A DNA stretch of 64,000 bases from the IMG/VR virus record IMGVR_UViG_3300048918_000116, positions 7,245 through 71,244 of that record; one strand, written 5' to 3'. This document shows, piece by piece, positions 47,720-58,342 of the stretch. Source of the DNA: a virus. A model generated the notes under the pieces. It had not been told where the DNA came from, searched no databases, and saw only the letters and a program-made list of their open reading frames with translations. The position numbers were made by a program, and so were the translations under genes. Position 1 is the stretch's first letter; every line of letters starts with the position of its first letter.

Positions 47720-48653
47720 AATAGTCTTAACACACGCAATGGTGGATGGCATGGTACAAGGCATGCACTTCTTAATTGAGAAGTATTTCCCTGTAGGCGG
47801 GAGCGTTTTAAAGGTGTACGCAATACCGCGAGGGGGGATTCCTGCCGCTTACCTGCTTACAAAGTATCGCCCTGTTCGGCTTGTTGATAATCCAGCAGAT
47901 GCAGATATCTTTGTTGATGACATCATTGACAGCGGTGCAACGGCAACTCGCTACACAAATGGATATCCTGATACACCGTTCTTTGCCTTGGTGGATAAGA
48001 GCAACGAGGATTTCCATGCTGCAGCAGACATCGGACGAAAGACTTGGGTTGTGTTCCCTTGGGAAAAAACCGTAAGCGATAGCGACGAGTCTGCAACCGA
48101 CAATATCAAGCGTATCTTGCAGTACATCGGTGAAGATCCTGGACGTGAAGGTTTGCTCGAGACGCCGAAGCGTGTGGTTAAGGCATGGAATCACTGGGCT
48201 AGCGGTTACGAAGTTGACATTGGTGCATTGCTCAAGGTCTTTGAAGACGGCGGGGAGAATTACGATGAAATGGTTATTGTTAAAGATATCCCCATTTATA
48301 GCAAATGTGAGCACCATCTTGCTGATATTTTTGGGACTGCTACTATTGCTTATATTCCTAATGGCCGCATTGTTGGCCTTAGTAAGCTTTCTCGGGTTGC
48401 AGATGCTTATGCGCGCCGACTACAAGTTCAGGAAAGGCTTACAAGTCAAATCGCGGACGCGCTGGACCTCCACCTAGAACCGAAGGGTGTAGGTGTTATT
48501 ATCAGGGCAAGACACATGTGTATGGAGTCAAGGGGCGTGAACCAACAAGGGCATCATACAATAACGAGCGCCTTACGTGGTGTTATCAAAACCGACCCAA
48601 CTGTCCGAGCTGAATTTATGGCACTTGCAAATGGCCCGAGTTTACGAGCGTAA
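47709..48653 (+). CDS. folE: GTP cyclohydrolase I with N-terminal phosphoribosyltransferase-like domain
   Basis: N-terminal IPRGG, VDDIIDSGAT, VFPWE; C-terminal REGLLETP, CEHH, GLSKL, LQVQERLT, HMCMESRG. Confidence 0.92.
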   Translation: MLNKIVLTHAMVDGMVQGMHFLIEKYFPVGGSVLKVYAIPRGGIPAAYLLTKYRPVRLVDNPADADIFVDDIIDSGATATRYTNGYPDTPFFALVDKSNEDFHAAADIGRKTWVVFPWEKTVSDSDESATDNIKRILQYIGEDPGREGLLETPKRVVKAWNHWASGYEVDIGALLKVFEDGGENYDEMVIVKDIPIYSKCEHHLADIFGTATIAYIPNGRIVGLSKLSRVADAYARRLQVQERLTSQIADALDLHLEPKGVGVIIRARHMCMESRGVNQQGHHTITSALRGVIKTDPTVRAEFMALANGPSLRA

Positions 48654-48657
48654 ATCA

Positions 48658-49116
48658 ATGTCTGAACGTCTGGACAAGTATTATATTGACCCGACTTCAG
48701 ACTGCTGGATTTGGTATGGTTCCGTTGATAAAGACGGTTACGGACGGTTGCGCGGTTCTATAAATGGTGTCATTGTTGTTGACCGAGCACCAAGAGCAAG
48801 TTACGAGCTTCATGTTGGCCCAATACCAGAAGGATTAATGGTATTGCATCATTGCGATGTGCCTGCTTGCATTAACCCGAAACATCTTTATCTTGGAACA
48901 CAAAAGGAAAACGGACACGATAAAAAGGTAAGAGGTAGAGCAAGAACAACTCCGCAATTTGGAGCAGCAAACGGAATGTATGGACGATGTTTGGAGCTTA
49001 ACCCGTTTTGGGGAAAGCATCACACCCAAGAAACAAAAGATAAGATAGCCGCTGCAAATAGTAAGAAGGCTCCGGAAGGCGTCATAATAACTGATTGGAC
49101 AACTGAAAGGAAATAA
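48658..49116 (+). CDS. free-standing HNH homing endonuclease with NUMOD3-like tail
   Basis: CWIW...GYG...HHCDVPACINPKHL; NPFWGKHHTQETKDKI. Confidence 0.85.
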   Translation: MSERLDKYYIDPTSDCWIWYGSVDKDGYGRLRGSINGVIVVDRAPRASYELHVGPIPEGLMVLHHCDVPACINPKHLYLGTQKENGHDKKVRGRARTTPQFGAANGMYGRCLELNPFWGKHHTQETKDKIAAANSKKAPEGVIITDWTTERK

Positions 49117-49117
49117 A

Positions 49118-49846
49118 ATGATTCCGATGCGTGTAGTTTTGAATTGTGAAGGTGCATTCCCTAACATGGATTCACTCGGTGAAATAACCGCAGTTGGCCG
49201 ACTCCCTCAAGGGATGCAGTCTGGCAAGTCCAGTATTGTGATTGAAATTGAAGTCAACGGTGTTAAGTACCATGCTCAAACCTCGCTGGCAATAATGGTG
49301 ACAGCAATGGAAGCCTTTAAAGCTCGCGAACTAGCTGAAGCTACAAACTGAAATGATAGTCAAACGCATTGAAAATGCAAGTCGCATACTTGGGGCGCCC
49401 GAAGACTGGAAGGACGATGGTTCTTCTTGTGTTGGGCTCCCTGTACGCGACGTGAGCACCGACCAAGGCATGTTTATGGTCAGTGCATGGGAACCTACGC
49501 TCGAGGAAATTGAGTTAATAACAAAAGGTCACAGCATACAGCTTTGGATTCGTGGCACAAGTCATCCTGTTGTATCGTTGACCGTAGGTGTTGGCTTAGA
49601 GGAGTTTAAAAAGTGAAACTTTCTGATTTTGATAAAGCTAGAGAATTAAAACGTCAAGTTGACGAAGTTAGCTTGCAGATTGCGCTAGTAGAAAGTAGAA
49701 ATGGTCTTGGTGTCACAATTAAAGGTACATACCAAGACGAAGTAATGCTTGATGCTGTTCAAGCATCGGTTTTAAAAGAGCTAGAAAGAAGGCGGGAAGT
49801 TTATTTGTCAGAACTTGTCAAAATTGGCGTAATGGTGACACAGTGA
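49118..49846 (+). other. three small hypothetical genes (49118-49351, 49353-49616, 49613-49846)
   Basis: Abutting co-oriented ORFs. Confidence 0.6.
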
Positions 49847-50769
49847 ATCTGTTCCTTGCTGCCGTATATACCAACTCATATATGGAGACTCAAAATCGCT
49901 ATGTAAAGTTGACTGAAGTTGAACAAGCAATAGTTAAGCGTATTCCACACATCTTGGAGTCGTACCACTATGTCAATTCTCAAAAGTTTGTTGATGTCAT
50001 GCGGCAGCAAGGCGCGAAGGTTTTTCTTGACTCTGGAGCGTTCTCTGCGTTTCATCTCGGCGTCAATATTAATATTAATGACTATTGCGATTATATCAAA
50101 CGCAATGCTGATATACTTCGCGTTGAGGATGGGGCCGTAATGGCGTCCGTGCTTGACGGTATTGGCAACCCGCTCAAGACTTGGCAAAACCAACTTTATA
50201 TGGAGCAACAAGGTGCGAAACCCCTCCCATGCTTCCACTTCGGCGAAGATCCACGGTATCTTGACTGGTACATCCAACGGTACGACTATATCACTATCGG
50301 AGGGCTCGTTGGAAAATCTATTAAAGACGCACGTACTTGGCTCGACAGAATGTGGGATAACCACATGCTCGACGGATCCGGACGTGCTCGTCTTAAAGTT
50401 CACGCCTTTGGTATGACATCACCGGAGTTAATGGCGCGTTATCCTTGGTTTAGTGCCGACTCATCTTCATGGATTCAAGCAGCAGCGTTTGGTAGCATCT
50501 ACACTTCTGAGTACGGTCCTGTAGCTGTATCCAAAGATTCGCCCAGCAAACACGATGCAGGAAGACATTTGTCGACCCTTACACCTATCGAGCAGGAAAG
50601 CATGTATAATATGCTTGCGGTAAAGGGTTTTAATTACGAAAGGTTATCCACCATTTATGAAAGTAGAGCTGCCTATAACTGTTTAGGTTATATGGAGTTA
50701 AACGATCTAATTAACCAACGTGTTGAGCAAAATGGATACGAGGTAGCTCAAGCGCAACAACTTTTCTAG
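49843..50769 (+). CDS. dpdA: DNA 7-deazaguanine transglycosylase (TGT-like)
   Basis: LESYHY, FLDSGAFS, LDGIG, PCFH, IGGLV, VHAFG, SADSSSW; clustered with que genes. Confidence 0.88.
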   Translation: MNLFLAAVYTNSYMETQNRYVKLTEVEQAIVKRIPHILESYHYVNSQKFVDVMRQQGAKVFLDSGAFSAFHLGVNININDYCDYIKRNADILRVEDGAVMASVLDGIGNPLKTWQNQLYMEQQGAKPLPCFHFGEDPRYLDWYIQRYDYITIGGLVGKSIKDARTWLDRMWDNHMLDGSGRARLKVHAFGMTSPELMARYPWFSADSSSWIQAAAFGSIYTSEYGPVAVSKDSPSKHDAGRHLSTLTPIEQESMYNMLAVKGFNYERLSTIYESRAAYNCLGYMELNDLINQRVEQNGYEVAQAQQLF

Positions 50770-50778
50770 GAGCACAGA

Positions 50779-51966
50779 ATGAAAGTTATTAACGACGAAG
50801 GTTCCAAGCCGATCAAGATTTGGACCGACGATATTGAGGATGCGGCGCTGACGCAGTTGAAGAATCTGGCGCGCTTGCCGTTCATCGCTGGCAATGGTGT
50901 TGCGTGTATGCCGGACGTTCATGCTGGCATTGGCTCCACGGTTGGGACGGTGATAGCTACCGACAAAGCGATTATTCCGGCTGCGGTCGGCGTCGATATT
51001 GGTTGTGGAATGAATGCAGTGCGTCTGTCGTTAAAAGCTTCCGACCTGCCAGAAAGCTTGGTAAATATCCGCCACCAAATTGAGCGGGATATTCCGCTTG
51101 GCGCAGGTGGAGCGCATTCTAGAATTGCGCCACAAGGACAACACACATTATGGGCAGATGTTCCTGACTCTGTGTTTCAAGTAACTGGCGGAAGCGCAAA
51201 GTTCTATAAGAAGGCGGAACCGCAGCTAGGCACGTTGGGCTCAGGCAACCATTTTATTGAGCTGTGCTTAGATGAGAACCAAGACGTATGGATTATGCTG
51301 CACTCTGGTTCACGCGGCATTGGCAACATGATTGGCATGTATTTCATTGAAAAAGCCAAGCGCCGAATGGAGCAATATTTCATTAGCTTGCCAGACGGCG
51401 ATCTTGCTTACTTCCCTGAAGATACAGACGAATTTAATGAATACGTTGAGGCAGTAGGTTGGGCGCAAAACTATGCTTTGGAAAACCGTCGCATGATGAT
51501 GCAGCTAGTAATTGCAGCGTTGCGCCGCCATATTCCGATTGAATTCACAATCACCCAAGAAGCAATTAACTGCCACCATAACTACGTCGAGAAGGAAAAC
51601 CACTTTGGACGGAACCTTTGGGTCACGCGAAAAGGCGCTATTCGAGCACGTGAGGGCGACCTTGGGATTATCCCAGGCTCAATGGGACAGAGAAGTTACA
51701 TCGTCCGTGGCAAGGGAAATCCTGAATCATACTGCTCTTGTTCGCACGGAGCTGGGCGTAAAATGTCTCGCAGTAAGGCTCGTAAAGTCTTTACTATTGC
51801 TGACCTAAAAGAACAAACTGCTGGCGTTGAATGCCTTAAAACAGACGCCGTACTAGATGAAATTCCAGGCGCTTACAAGAACATTGACGATGTTATGAAC
51901 AACCAGAAAGACTTGGTTGAAATCGTTCATACTCTAAAACAGGTCTTGTGCGTTAAGGGGGCATAA
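50779..51966 (+). CDS. rtcB: RNA 2',3'-cyclic phosphate/5'-OH ligase
   Basis: MPDVHAG, GVDIGCG, GTLGSGNHFIE, HSGSRG, HHNY, PGSMG, SHGAGR, DEIPGAYK, CVKG. Confidence 0.95.
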   Translation: MKVINDEGSKPIKIWTDDIEDAALTQLKNLARLPFIAGNGVACMPDVHAGIGSTVGTVIATDKAIIPAAVGVDIGCGMNAVRLSLKASDLPESLVNIRHQIERDIPLGAGGAHSRIAPQGQHTLWADVPDSVFQVTGGSAKFYKKAEPQLGTLGSGNHFIELCLDENQDVWIMLHSGSRGIGNMIGMYFIEKAKRRMEQYFISLPDGDLAYFPEDTDEFNEYVEAVGWAQNYALENRRMMMQLVIAALRRHIPIEFTITQEAINCHHNYVEKENHFGRNLWVTRKGAIRAREGDLGIIPGSMGQRSYIVRGKGNPESYCSCSHGAGRKMSRSKARKVFTIADLKEQTAGVECLKTDAVLDEIPGAYKNIDDVMNNQKDLVEIVHTLKQVLCVKGA

Positions 51967-52723
51967 TGTTTTACGATGACAACACTATGGACGTTGAGTT
52001 CACCGACGGCAAAACTGAGCGTCGCAAAATTGATCGGGTTGAGAGAGGTGTAGCAAGGTCAAACTTTCCGGTTGCTATACCTGTCTTGAAAGAAGGTGAA
52101 GAAGCATTCTGGAGGATTAGTTCTAGCGTACCTATTATTATCAAGGTGTCGTAATGGGCAAAGAGATTGAACCTTGCAAGGTATGCCAGACCAAGACTAC
52201 GGATTCTTGTTCGCATGTTAAATGCCCGAACCGAAAGCTCATAACTGCGCAAGTAGGTGACGGTAGTCAGACAGTGCATTCCAAAGATGCACTTGGTCGT
52301 GGTTATGCAGACGGATATCGTAAGTTCCCAACTAAGAGCGAATCATAATGGAACACAAGAACAGACCAACAGATATGCTAATACGTCAGCAAGCTGCAAA
52401 TCGAAATGCGGCGCGTTATAGAAATCCTGAAACTAAACAAAGACATTTTTGTCACTTGCCTTTGTTTCGGTCTGCCTTTGTTTTAGATATGCTTGCTATT
52501 CGTAAAGAATTGAGGTTAAGGAAATGAATAAAGATACTGAAGCACTGCTGAAACGTTTGCAAAAAGAAGCTTTATCGTCAGCTAAAGAAGGTGTCCGCAT
52601 TTTGGAAAAAGATATTGATAAAGATATTTCATTGCGCACTGCGGCCAACCAGCTTCGTCAAGCTGCAAAAGACTTAGACACAATGGACGGAATCTTTCAG
52701 GCGCTTTATTGGGAGAAGCAGAA

Positions 52724-53122
52724 ATGAAAGTTATCGTCGCAGGCTCCAGAACAGTTACTAGCATGACCTTTGTAGAGCTAGCTATCAAAGAATCAAAGTT
52801 CGAAATAACCGAGCTTGTATCTGGTGGAGCTCGCGGCGTTGACGAACTTGGTGAAGTATGGGCTGCATTTAATCATATTCCCATTAAACAATTCCGTGCA
52901 GCGTGGGGCTTCTATGGTCAAAGCGCAGGTATGATCCGGAATGGCGAAATGGCTCAATATGCAGATGCACTTATTGCGGTCTGGGATGGTAGAAGCAAAG
53001 GCACTAAGCACATGATCTGGACTGCACAACACAGATTTAAATTGCCTACTTATGTTGCAAATGTCTCAGATGCAAGAAGAACGCCTATGCTACCAGACGC
53101 AACAACAGGAGACTATTCATAA
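52724..53122 (+). CDS. SLOG-family protein (YspA/DUF2493-like)
   Basis: MKVIVAGSR...SGGARGVD...AGMIRNGEMA...WDGRSKGT. Confidence 0.85.
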   Translation: MKVIVAGSRTVTSMTFVELAIKESKFEITELVSGGARGVDELGEVWAAFNHIPIKQFRAAWGFYGQSAGMIRNGEMAQYADALIAVWDGRSKGTKHMIWTAQHRFKLPTYVANVSDARRTPMLPDATTGDYS

Positions 53123-54081
53123 TGCTTAACGCTTTAAAGTTCTGTGCCGGCAGCGTCGCTAAGAAAGACTTTGTAGCCGCACTGACACACTTCGCAATTG
53201 AAAATGGACGTGTGAGAGGTTTCAATGGTACGCTTGCTCTATCTAGCCCTATACCTTTCGATGTTACCTGCAAACCTAAGGCCGATATTCTTATTAAAGC
53301 CATTGCCAACTGTGAAGATACAGTCCAGCTTGCACTCACAGGTGCAGGCCGACTCTCTGTTAAGTCCGGAGTCTTTAAAGCTTTCGTCAACTGTGTTGAA
53401 GGAGACACACCACATGTTGAGCCCGACGGAGCAGTTGTTAATTTTGACGGTGCAGCCTTACTAGAAGGTATCAAACAAGTCGCGAGCTTTGTTGGTGAAG
53501 ATGCTTCGCGTCTTTGGGCACAAGGTGTCCTTATAAAAGACAAAAGTTTGTTTGCGACAAACAATATTATCCTTGTACAATATTGGTTAGGTGTTGATTT
53601 CCCGCATATTGTAAATATACCTCGAGCCGCGATCAAAGAGATGTTACGCATTAACGAGCCGCCTCTCTTTGCGCAAGTTGCAGAGAATAGCATTACGTTC
53701 CACTACGAAGGTGAACGTTGGTTGCGTACACAACTATACTCGACTGAATGGCCTGACCTCAGCAAGATCCTTGATAAGCCATTTACGCCGTTCCCGATTG
53801 ACGATCGCATCTTTGCAGGATTAGAAGTTATTAAGCCGTTCTTGGACAAGCAAGAGACTGTACACTTCAAAGATGCGCATGTTGCAACCAGTCTTGAAGA
53901 AGGTGAAGGTGCAAGCTACTATGTACCGGATCTGCAATGGGACGGCAAGTATAACCACACTATGCTTACTCTACTTAAAGGCGTCGTGGAAAAGATTGAT
54001 TGGAGCACATGGCCGGCCCCTTGTCTTTTTACTGGAGGTAAGAATCGTCTGCGCGGTGCAATCGTAGGGATGCGAGCATGA
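53122..54081 (+). CDS. phage DNA polymerase sliding clamp (beta subunit-like)
   Basis: 319 aa; LFATNN motif, C-terminal RGAIVGMR; precedes the polymerase. Confidence 0.75.
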   Translation: MLNALKFCAGSVAKKDFVAALTHFAIENGRVRGFNGTLALSSPIPFDVTCKPKADILIKAIANCEDTVQLALTGAGRLSVKSGVFKAFVNCVEGDTPHVEPDGAVVNFDGAALLEGIKQVASFVGEDASRLWAQGVLIKDKSLFATNNIILVQYWLGVDFPHIVNIPRAAIKEMLRINEPPLFAQVAENSITFHYEGERWLRTQLYSTEWPDLSKILDKPFTPFPIDDRIFAGLEVIKPFLDKQETVHFKDAHVATSLEEGEGASYYVPDLQWDGKYNHTMLTLLKGVVEKIDWSTWPAPCLFTGGKNRLRGAIVGMRA

Positions 54082-54494
54082 AACCAACAAACCATCCTTT
54101 TTATCTCGATATAGATACACAAACACCGTTGACCATGTTGGTATGTGTTTACTCAATAACAAGAGGTATTCACTTATCTTCATATACAACTTTTCCTAAC
54201 AACTTTGAATTATCAAAAGAAACAAAAGCTAAGATTAAGAAATTAACTGCTGAATATAACAGAGCAAAAGTTCAACGTAATAAACGCTTAGAAAAAGAAC
54301 TACTGCTTAAACTTAGAGAGTTGGGAGTATGAGTCCACTTAGGATAACTAAACGTGCATACGTCTGTTGGGACGGACCTTGGTGCGGTCATACTCTTTAT
54401 ATGAGTTCGCCATTTACCTTGCCTGTTCTAATTAACGGCATCTTGAGTCGTTATAGAGTTGGTCCTGTTGGATATCTTTATTGGGAACGTTTAA

Positions 54495-56726
54495 ATGGCT
54501 AGAGCAGATGCACTAGGAATGTTCTGGCAGGATGAACCGAAAGTTAAGGCGGTCGCGAAAGAAAAGATTAAACGCGAGCCGCCTTTTCCGTTTTGGTTGC
54601 AATCCGACTACCTTCCAGGCCTTGCCGAAGCGCAAGCGTTTGACATCCCGCTATTCACTGACTACGAGTTAGGTCAAGCTGCGCTTAACAAAGAGCGATT
54701 AGTATGGGACATCGAGTCTTACCCTAACTATGCGCTTATCGGGTTTAAGTCTATTGACTCCGGCAAGGTTGTTTATGTTGAACAGTCCAACGACTACGGG
54801 ATGGGCGTATGGTTTGACCTTGGCAAGCTTGACTGGATTATACGCAACTTCTGCATCGTTAGTTTTAACGGTAGGCATTATGATATGCCTATACTTACGC
54901 TTGCACTGGCTGGCTTTGGTCCCGAAGCATTATGGGATGCAACAGTGCGAATCATTAAGTTCGGTGAGCGCCCTGATGAAGTGCTTAAAGCCTTCAAGGT
55001 TAAGAAGCTAAAAGATATAGACCATATTGACATTAAAGAAGTTGCACCTCTACATGACTCGTTGAAGATTTACTCCGGTCGTCTGCACACACGTCGGATG
55101 CAAGACTTACCATTTAAGCCTGGCACTGTTCTCAATGCAGACCAAATGGACATTGTGCGCTATTATTGGGTTAATGATCTACAGTCAACGGAAGAACTGT
55201 ATAACGAGCTACTACCTGCAATTCAGCTTCGTGAAGCAATGTCTAAAGAGTACAAGACAGACGTTCGCAGTAAGTCTGATGCGCAGGTTGCGGAAGCAGT
55301 AGTTTTGAGCGGGTTAAAAGCTATAACGGGACAGCAAAGGTTTGAGAAACCTACTGTCAATCCGGGACTTATGTTTAAGTACCAGATTCCGCATTATGTG
55401 AAGTATCAAACACCGTTGTTGAACTCGGTCTTGCAACACGTTCGGGATGCGGAGTTTGTTGTTGGTGATGGCGGAGAAGTCTTAAAACCAGGCTGTTTCC
55501 CAATTGAGTTCCAGATTGCAGATAGCAAGTACACCCTTGGCATCGGTGGATTGCATAGCTGCGAGAAAAGTGTCACACATTGCGCTGGCGCAGAATGGTT
55601 GCTAATTGATCGCGACGTTGCATCCTTCTACCCGCGCGTTATCCTGACGCAACGGTTGTATCCGGCACATCTTGGGCCGGCATTCCTGAAGGTTTATAAC
55701 ACGATTGTTACACGTCGTCTTGCGGCTAAGGATCAAGCAGCAAACCTAAAGAAGAAGTTTAAGGGTCAGGTAATGCCTGACGCTATTGCAAAGCAAGTTG
55801 CAGACCTCACTATTGTTGCCGACTCGCTTAAGATTACGATTAACGGTTCATTCGGTAAGTTTGGCAATGCTTACAGCATGTTGTATTCGCCTAACCTAAT
55901 GATCCAAGTTACGCTTACAGGTCAGCTTGTACTAATTATGCTCATTGAAAGACTCGAGCTAGCTGGCATTAAAGTTGTGAGCGCGAATACAGACGGTGTG
56001 GTTATCAAATGTCATGTAACCCAAAAGGAAAAGCTAGATGCGATCATTAAACAGTGGGAAACGGATATTGATTGCCAAACGGAAGAAACAAGATACAGCT
56101 CCACGCATAACCGTGATGTCAATAACTACTTTGCCATCAAAGACGATGGTGAAATCAAGGTTAAGGGAGTTTATTCCGAACGTGGGTCAGCAGGTAACTC
56201 TGTACTCTCAAAGAATCCCTATGCGCTTATTGCGAGCGACGCGGTTAAGAAGTTTCTGGTTGACGGGACGCCTGTTGACCACACTATTCGGGCGTGTACT
56301 GATATCAGACGGTTTGCCTGTCTGCGTTACGTTAAAGGCGGAGCGGTCAAAGTGTACAATAACAACTACGACGCTAAGCTGTCAAACGAAAAGAAGATTG
56401 AAATTGTTAAGAGTAAAGGCGGTTACGAGTTCATAGACGGTTATTGGTTATTCAAAGGCGAAAGCGACCGAGAGGTAAAAGATCTAGAAACTATCTATAA
56501 ATTGTGCTGCACCGCTGACCCTAACGAATATCTTGGTAAAGCGATTAGATGGTATTACTCGACCAACGTAGAGGGAGAGATTGTAAATTCGGTCAACGGT
56601 AACAAAGTGTCTATGACCGATAACGCTAGACCCATAATGACACTACCAAAAGAAATACCAGAAGATATGGACTATGACTGGTATATTCAAAAAGCACATG
56701 ACATCTTAGAAGAAGTGGCAGCATAA
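54495..56726 (+). CDS. DNA polymerase (family B-like) with 3'-5' exonuclease
   Basis: DIESYPNY, FNGRHYD exonuclease motifs; DVASFYP, KITINGSFGK, SANTDG polymerase motifs. Confidence 0.92.
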   Translation: MARADALGMFWQDEPKVKAVAKEKIKREPPFPFWLQSDYLPGLAEAQAFDIPLFTDYELGQAALNKERLVWDIESYPNYALIGFKSIDSGKVVYVEQSNDYGMGVWFDLGKLDWIIRNFCIVSFNGRHYDMPILTLALAGFGPEALWDATVRIIKFGERPDEVLKAFKVKKLKDIDHIDIKEVAPLHDSLKIYSGRLHTRRMQDLPFKPGTVLNADQMDIVRYYWVNDLQSTEELYNELLPAIQLREAMSKEYKTDVRSKSDAQVAEAVVLSGLKAITGQQRFEKPTVNPGLMFKYQIPHYVKYQTPLLNSVLQHVRDAEFVVGDGGEVLKPGCFPIEFQIADSKYTLGIGGLHSCEKSVTHCAGAEWLLIDRDVASFYPRVILTQRLYPAHLGPAFLKVYNTIVTRRLAAKDQAANLKKKFKGQVMPDAIAKQVADLTIVADSLKITINGSFGKFGNAYSMLYSPNLMIQVTLTGQLVLIMLIERLELAGIKVVSANTDGVVIKCHVTQKEKLDAIIKQWETDIDCQTEETRYSSTHNRDVNNYFAIKDDGEIKVKGVYSERGSAGNSVLSKNPYALIASDAVKKFLVDGTPVDHTIRACTDIRRFACLRYVKGGAVKVYNNNYDAKLSNEKKIEIVKSKGGYEFIDGYWLFKGESDREVKDLETIYKLCCTADPNEYLGKAIRWYYSTNVEGEIVNSVNGNKVSMTDNARPIMTLPKEIPEDMDYDWYIQKAHDILEEVAA

Positions 56727-57063
56727 CAATCAGTAAACAGGGATAACTATGCAAGGAGAGTATTGTGGTTACAAGCTTTGTTTGGATGTTATTTGTCATG
56801 AGCAGCGTCGGGGATAGCTTACCAGTCCTTTACGCTACGGAGTCTGAAGTGGCTTGTATGAAAGTTCAAGCCAGTGTTTTGAAAGCTGCAAAGGAAGATC
56901 CTGAACTTATTGATGCTGGTATTCAGGCTAAGTGTAAAGAAGTTCGTGTTGTTTTTAAACAGGATTGAGGCTACTATGGAAATCATTCTTACCGTTGTGA
57001 CTGCGAGTGCAATTGGTGCAGTCCTAGGCAATGTAGCTGCTCATCTTTTGTTTGGAAGTGACG

Positions 57064-57207
57064 ATTAACAACCGTTTTAAACGCGCTACAGCAAGCGCAA
57101 AACGTAAGTGTGTGGGGGTATAGCTTGCACCTTGTTTGCACCGCACCTAGTACCGTTGCCGCAAGCGGCAGCAATATAATTTAGGTGCAAGCTACCCTGT
57201 TTTACTT
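57064..57207. repeat. GA/TC-free island at the transcription convergence point
   Basis: 144 nt with no GA or TC; inverted repeat TAGCTTGCACCT/AGGTGCAAGCTA; motifs shared with 29386-29533. Confidence 0.7.
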
Positions 57208-57462
57208 CTTGAAAATGCCTGTTGTGTTAAAGGTTGCAACGATCACATCGATCATTTTTTGGATAGCTGGCCAGACATCTTCAAAGTTCACTTGAGCGTT
57301 TTGAACTGCGGCAAATGCAGACTCAACCGTACCGCGGATCATTGCCGCTTTTGCTTGACCTTGACCCTTTTCTGGCAACGCAGCTTCGACAGCTTTGATC
57401 GCTTCAATTAAGATAGGTAACAGTTGGACGAGCAGCTGAATCACAATCATAAACTTTGCCAT
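57202..57462 (-). CDS. lysis-cassette amphipathic membrane protein
   Basis: Hydrophobic N-terminus, GQGQAK motif; end of lysis cluster. Confidence 0.6.
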   Translation of the reverse strand: MAKFMIVIQLLVQLLPILIEAIKAVEAALPEKGQGQAKAAMIRGTVESAFAAVQNAQVNFEDVWPAIQKMIDVIVATFNTTGIFKK

Positions 57463-57520
57463 TTTAATCTCCTAGTAAGAACATTTAATACCAACGAAAG
57501 CTCCATCTATAGCGTCCAGA

Positions 57521-57850
57521 TTATCCTCTATAGACGTCGTCAGTTGGAGTTGTTGGTGGGGTTTCATCAGAGGCTTTAGGTTTGGGCTGCAAACCAATTT
57601 GCTTTGAAGTGGCCCGTGTGAGCACGATGTTCCAAATAGAAGCAACAACGCCGCCAATGAGCAACGCAAATTCTTGGTCAATGTAGTCATCAAAATTGTA
57701 CCCGTACATTTTCGCGATACCTACAATCGTCAAGATTAGCAAGCCAATCTTGTTACCAAAGTCTTTGCGCTTCGTCCACAAAGTAGGGTCTGCAACTTCT
57801 TGACCTTCCTTCATTAAGTTCCAAAAAGCTTTAATCTTCTCCATGACCAC
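57521..57850 (-). CDS. putative holin
   Basis: Two hydrophobic segments; directly after the endolysin. Confidence 0.65.
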   Translation of the reverse strand: MVMEKIKAFWNLMKEGQEVADPTLWTKRKDFGNKIGLLILTIVGIAKMYGYNFDDYIDQEFALLIGGVVASIWNIVLTRATSKQIGLQPKPKASDETPPTTPTDDVYRG

Positions 57851-57854
57851 ACTC

Positions 57855-58340
57855 CTAAGTATCAGCCGCAGCGTATCGCATGTTCAAAGCTATGCGCCTG
57901 GCCCACCCGCGACTCGCATTAGGCCAGTTTTTCAACTTAGTCATAAACTCTAACCGTTCAGCTAGGAACAAGAATACAACATCAGTTGCTTCCACTTGTG
58001 CTAGGATCTCTTTTGAGTGTGGGCCAAAATGCCCATCATCTGCCACTCCGATGGCCCGTTGCAGAAAGCGAATAGACTGAGAGATTCCCGAATTGACTGC
58101 TGAATCCAAAAGCTGATAATCCAAGGCGTCAGTGAATATAGCATTAGCGGCATGTATCGGCTCCCAAAAGTCCTTCTCGTAAATAGCTATAGCGTCTTCA
58201 CGAGTTAGATCTTTAATGTTCAAGTGTGGGTATGTCCGTTTAGAGATACCCCACTTCGTTTCGCCGCCTGGATCTTCAGGGTTATTTACATAACCGGCTT
58301 CATGCCCAAGGACGCGCTCAATTGCAAATTGAAATCGCAT
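57855..58340 (-). CDS. endolysin, glycoside hydrolase family 108 with peptidoglycan-binding domain
   Basis: HEAGYVNNPEDPGGETKWGIS...DSAVNSG...DDGHFGP...GWARR. Confidence 0.92.
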   Translation of the reverse strand: MRFQFAIERVLGHEAGYVNNPEDPGGETKWGISKRTYPHLNIKDLTREDAIAIYEKDFWEPIHAANAIFTDALDYQLLDSAVNSGISQSIRFLQRAIGVADDGHFGPHSKEILAQVEATDVVFLFLAERLEFMTKLKNWPNASRGWARRIALNMRYAAADT

Positions 58341-58342
58341 AA

